From Octopus sinensis (taxonomy: Eukaryota): 64,000 nt of DNA. Each line of letters opens with the position of its first letter. Within the stretch, counting starts at the first letter, position 1. Made by a program: the position numbers and the translations under genes. The stretch is from the NCBI RefSeq assembly GCF_006345805.1, contig NC_042998.1, forward strand, positions 204,476,001 through 204,540,000. Direction: 5' to 3'. Positions 62,716 to 64,000 of the stretch are shown in pieces. The notes under the pieces were generated by a model. It was not told the DNA's origin. It searched no databases and was given only the letters and a program-made list of their open reading frames with translations.

Positions 62716-64000
62716 CTAATTCCAGCAGTTTTTACAAAAAAAATCACAAAGGCATCCAAGCTACAGAACATATTGTTTACAGGAGACATAAAAACACCAT
62801 TCCTTAAACAGTGCCATCAGGATGCAAACAAACAAACAAACACACATTTGTTTATAGCAGTTTGATTTTATTGCAGTCTGTACAAATGGTTACGATGTGT
62901 AAGGTTCCTCTTTTTGAGTTGTTTGCAGTTTACTGCAGGCAGATTAGGGGGTCCAGGTAGCACTGGCAGAGTCCATGATGGATCTAAAGTATTGTTTGTA
63001 TAACACTCTCACTGATGCTGTTTCCATGTAGCAACTGTGAACACTGGCCTAGGTATGTTGTTTACTTTGGGGCCTGCCTCTGTGGGTACCATGCAAAAAG
63101 CAGTGGTGATGGTGCCACATAAAAAGCAGTGGTGATGGTGCCACATAAAAAGCACCCAGTACACTCTGTAAAATGGTTGGTGTTAGGAAGGTCATACAGA
63201 CCATACCAAAACAGGCAATGGAACCTGCTCTCTGGCTTGCCAATTCCTGTCAAACTATCCAACCCATGCCAGCATGGAAAATGGATGACGATAAATGATG
63301 ATGATGTGTTGTGAGTATTGTGGAGGAGTAGTATGTAACTCTTGACTTCTAGTAGCTTCTGTGTGTGTGATGGTTGGTTATATAAAGTTGAAACAGTTGT
63401 GTAGCAGCGTGTAAAGATGAGGGGATGTAAATCTGGTGCCATCTGCATATGCAGTTGTCCATATACCTTGTGTGATGGTGCCATGTGAGCATAAGTTGAG
63501 AAGAGAATGGGTGAGAGGTACTCCATGCATGATCTTTGAGGTACTCCAGGCATGATCTTTGAGGTACTCCAGGCATGAAACAACAGATCCTGGAAGACCA
63601 GTTCATGTCCATATGACATAGGTTTATAACATGACAGAATGTAACCTCTGAGTTAATATTTATGATGGTTCTGAAGGTAGAGGTGAGTATATTTTTGTAT
63701 GAGAGGTTAGCAGTCAATGGCAGTTAGAATGGTAACTTAGATATGTTTCAACCAAAGATTGGTCCAGGCCATGTCTAACATGTTTTCATTCTTCTTCTTC
63801 TTCTTCTTCTTCTTCTTATTATTATTATTATTATTATTACTACTGAGTGAGAGAGCAGCACACACCATCAAAGTGATGCTAAGGTACAAACAAACAAATC
63901 CCAGGACAGTTGTGTAAAGAAGTGCTGATCTCTGTGGAGGGAATTTGTGGTAGAATTAGGCCCAGGAAGACATGGGACAAGGTGGTGAAGCATGATCTTT

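Overview
This is AT-rich, repeat-saturated animal genomic DNA, most likely an octopus or related coleoid cephalopod. That assignment is inferred only from the repeat landscape: CORE-type tRNA SINEs with internal microsatellites, RTE LINEs, and multi-kb TA/CA arrays. One host protein-coding gene is supportable: the 3' part of a minus-strand gene with phase-consistent exons at 61645-61746 and 58884-59043 and a 3.6-kb terminal exon at 51947-55580. It encodes a large, mostly disordered nuclear-type protein whose last ~30 residues closely resemble the C-terminal SMCHD1-binding coiled coil of vertebrate LRIF1. The rest is transposon-derived or simple repeat: two RTE families (one BovB-like and young), R4/Dong-like, CR1/L2-like and Penelope-like LINE remnants, several tRNA SINE families, non-autonomous Helitrons and MITEs. 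Structural oddities include an ~820-bp zero-spacer intronic palindrome, a head-to-head pair of hammerhead-ribozyme-like elements, and a 5-kb satellite that expanded inside a local duplicate. The many long YIYI/CVCM ORFs in the track are microsatellite artefacts. All family assignments are by eye and from memory; no search was run.
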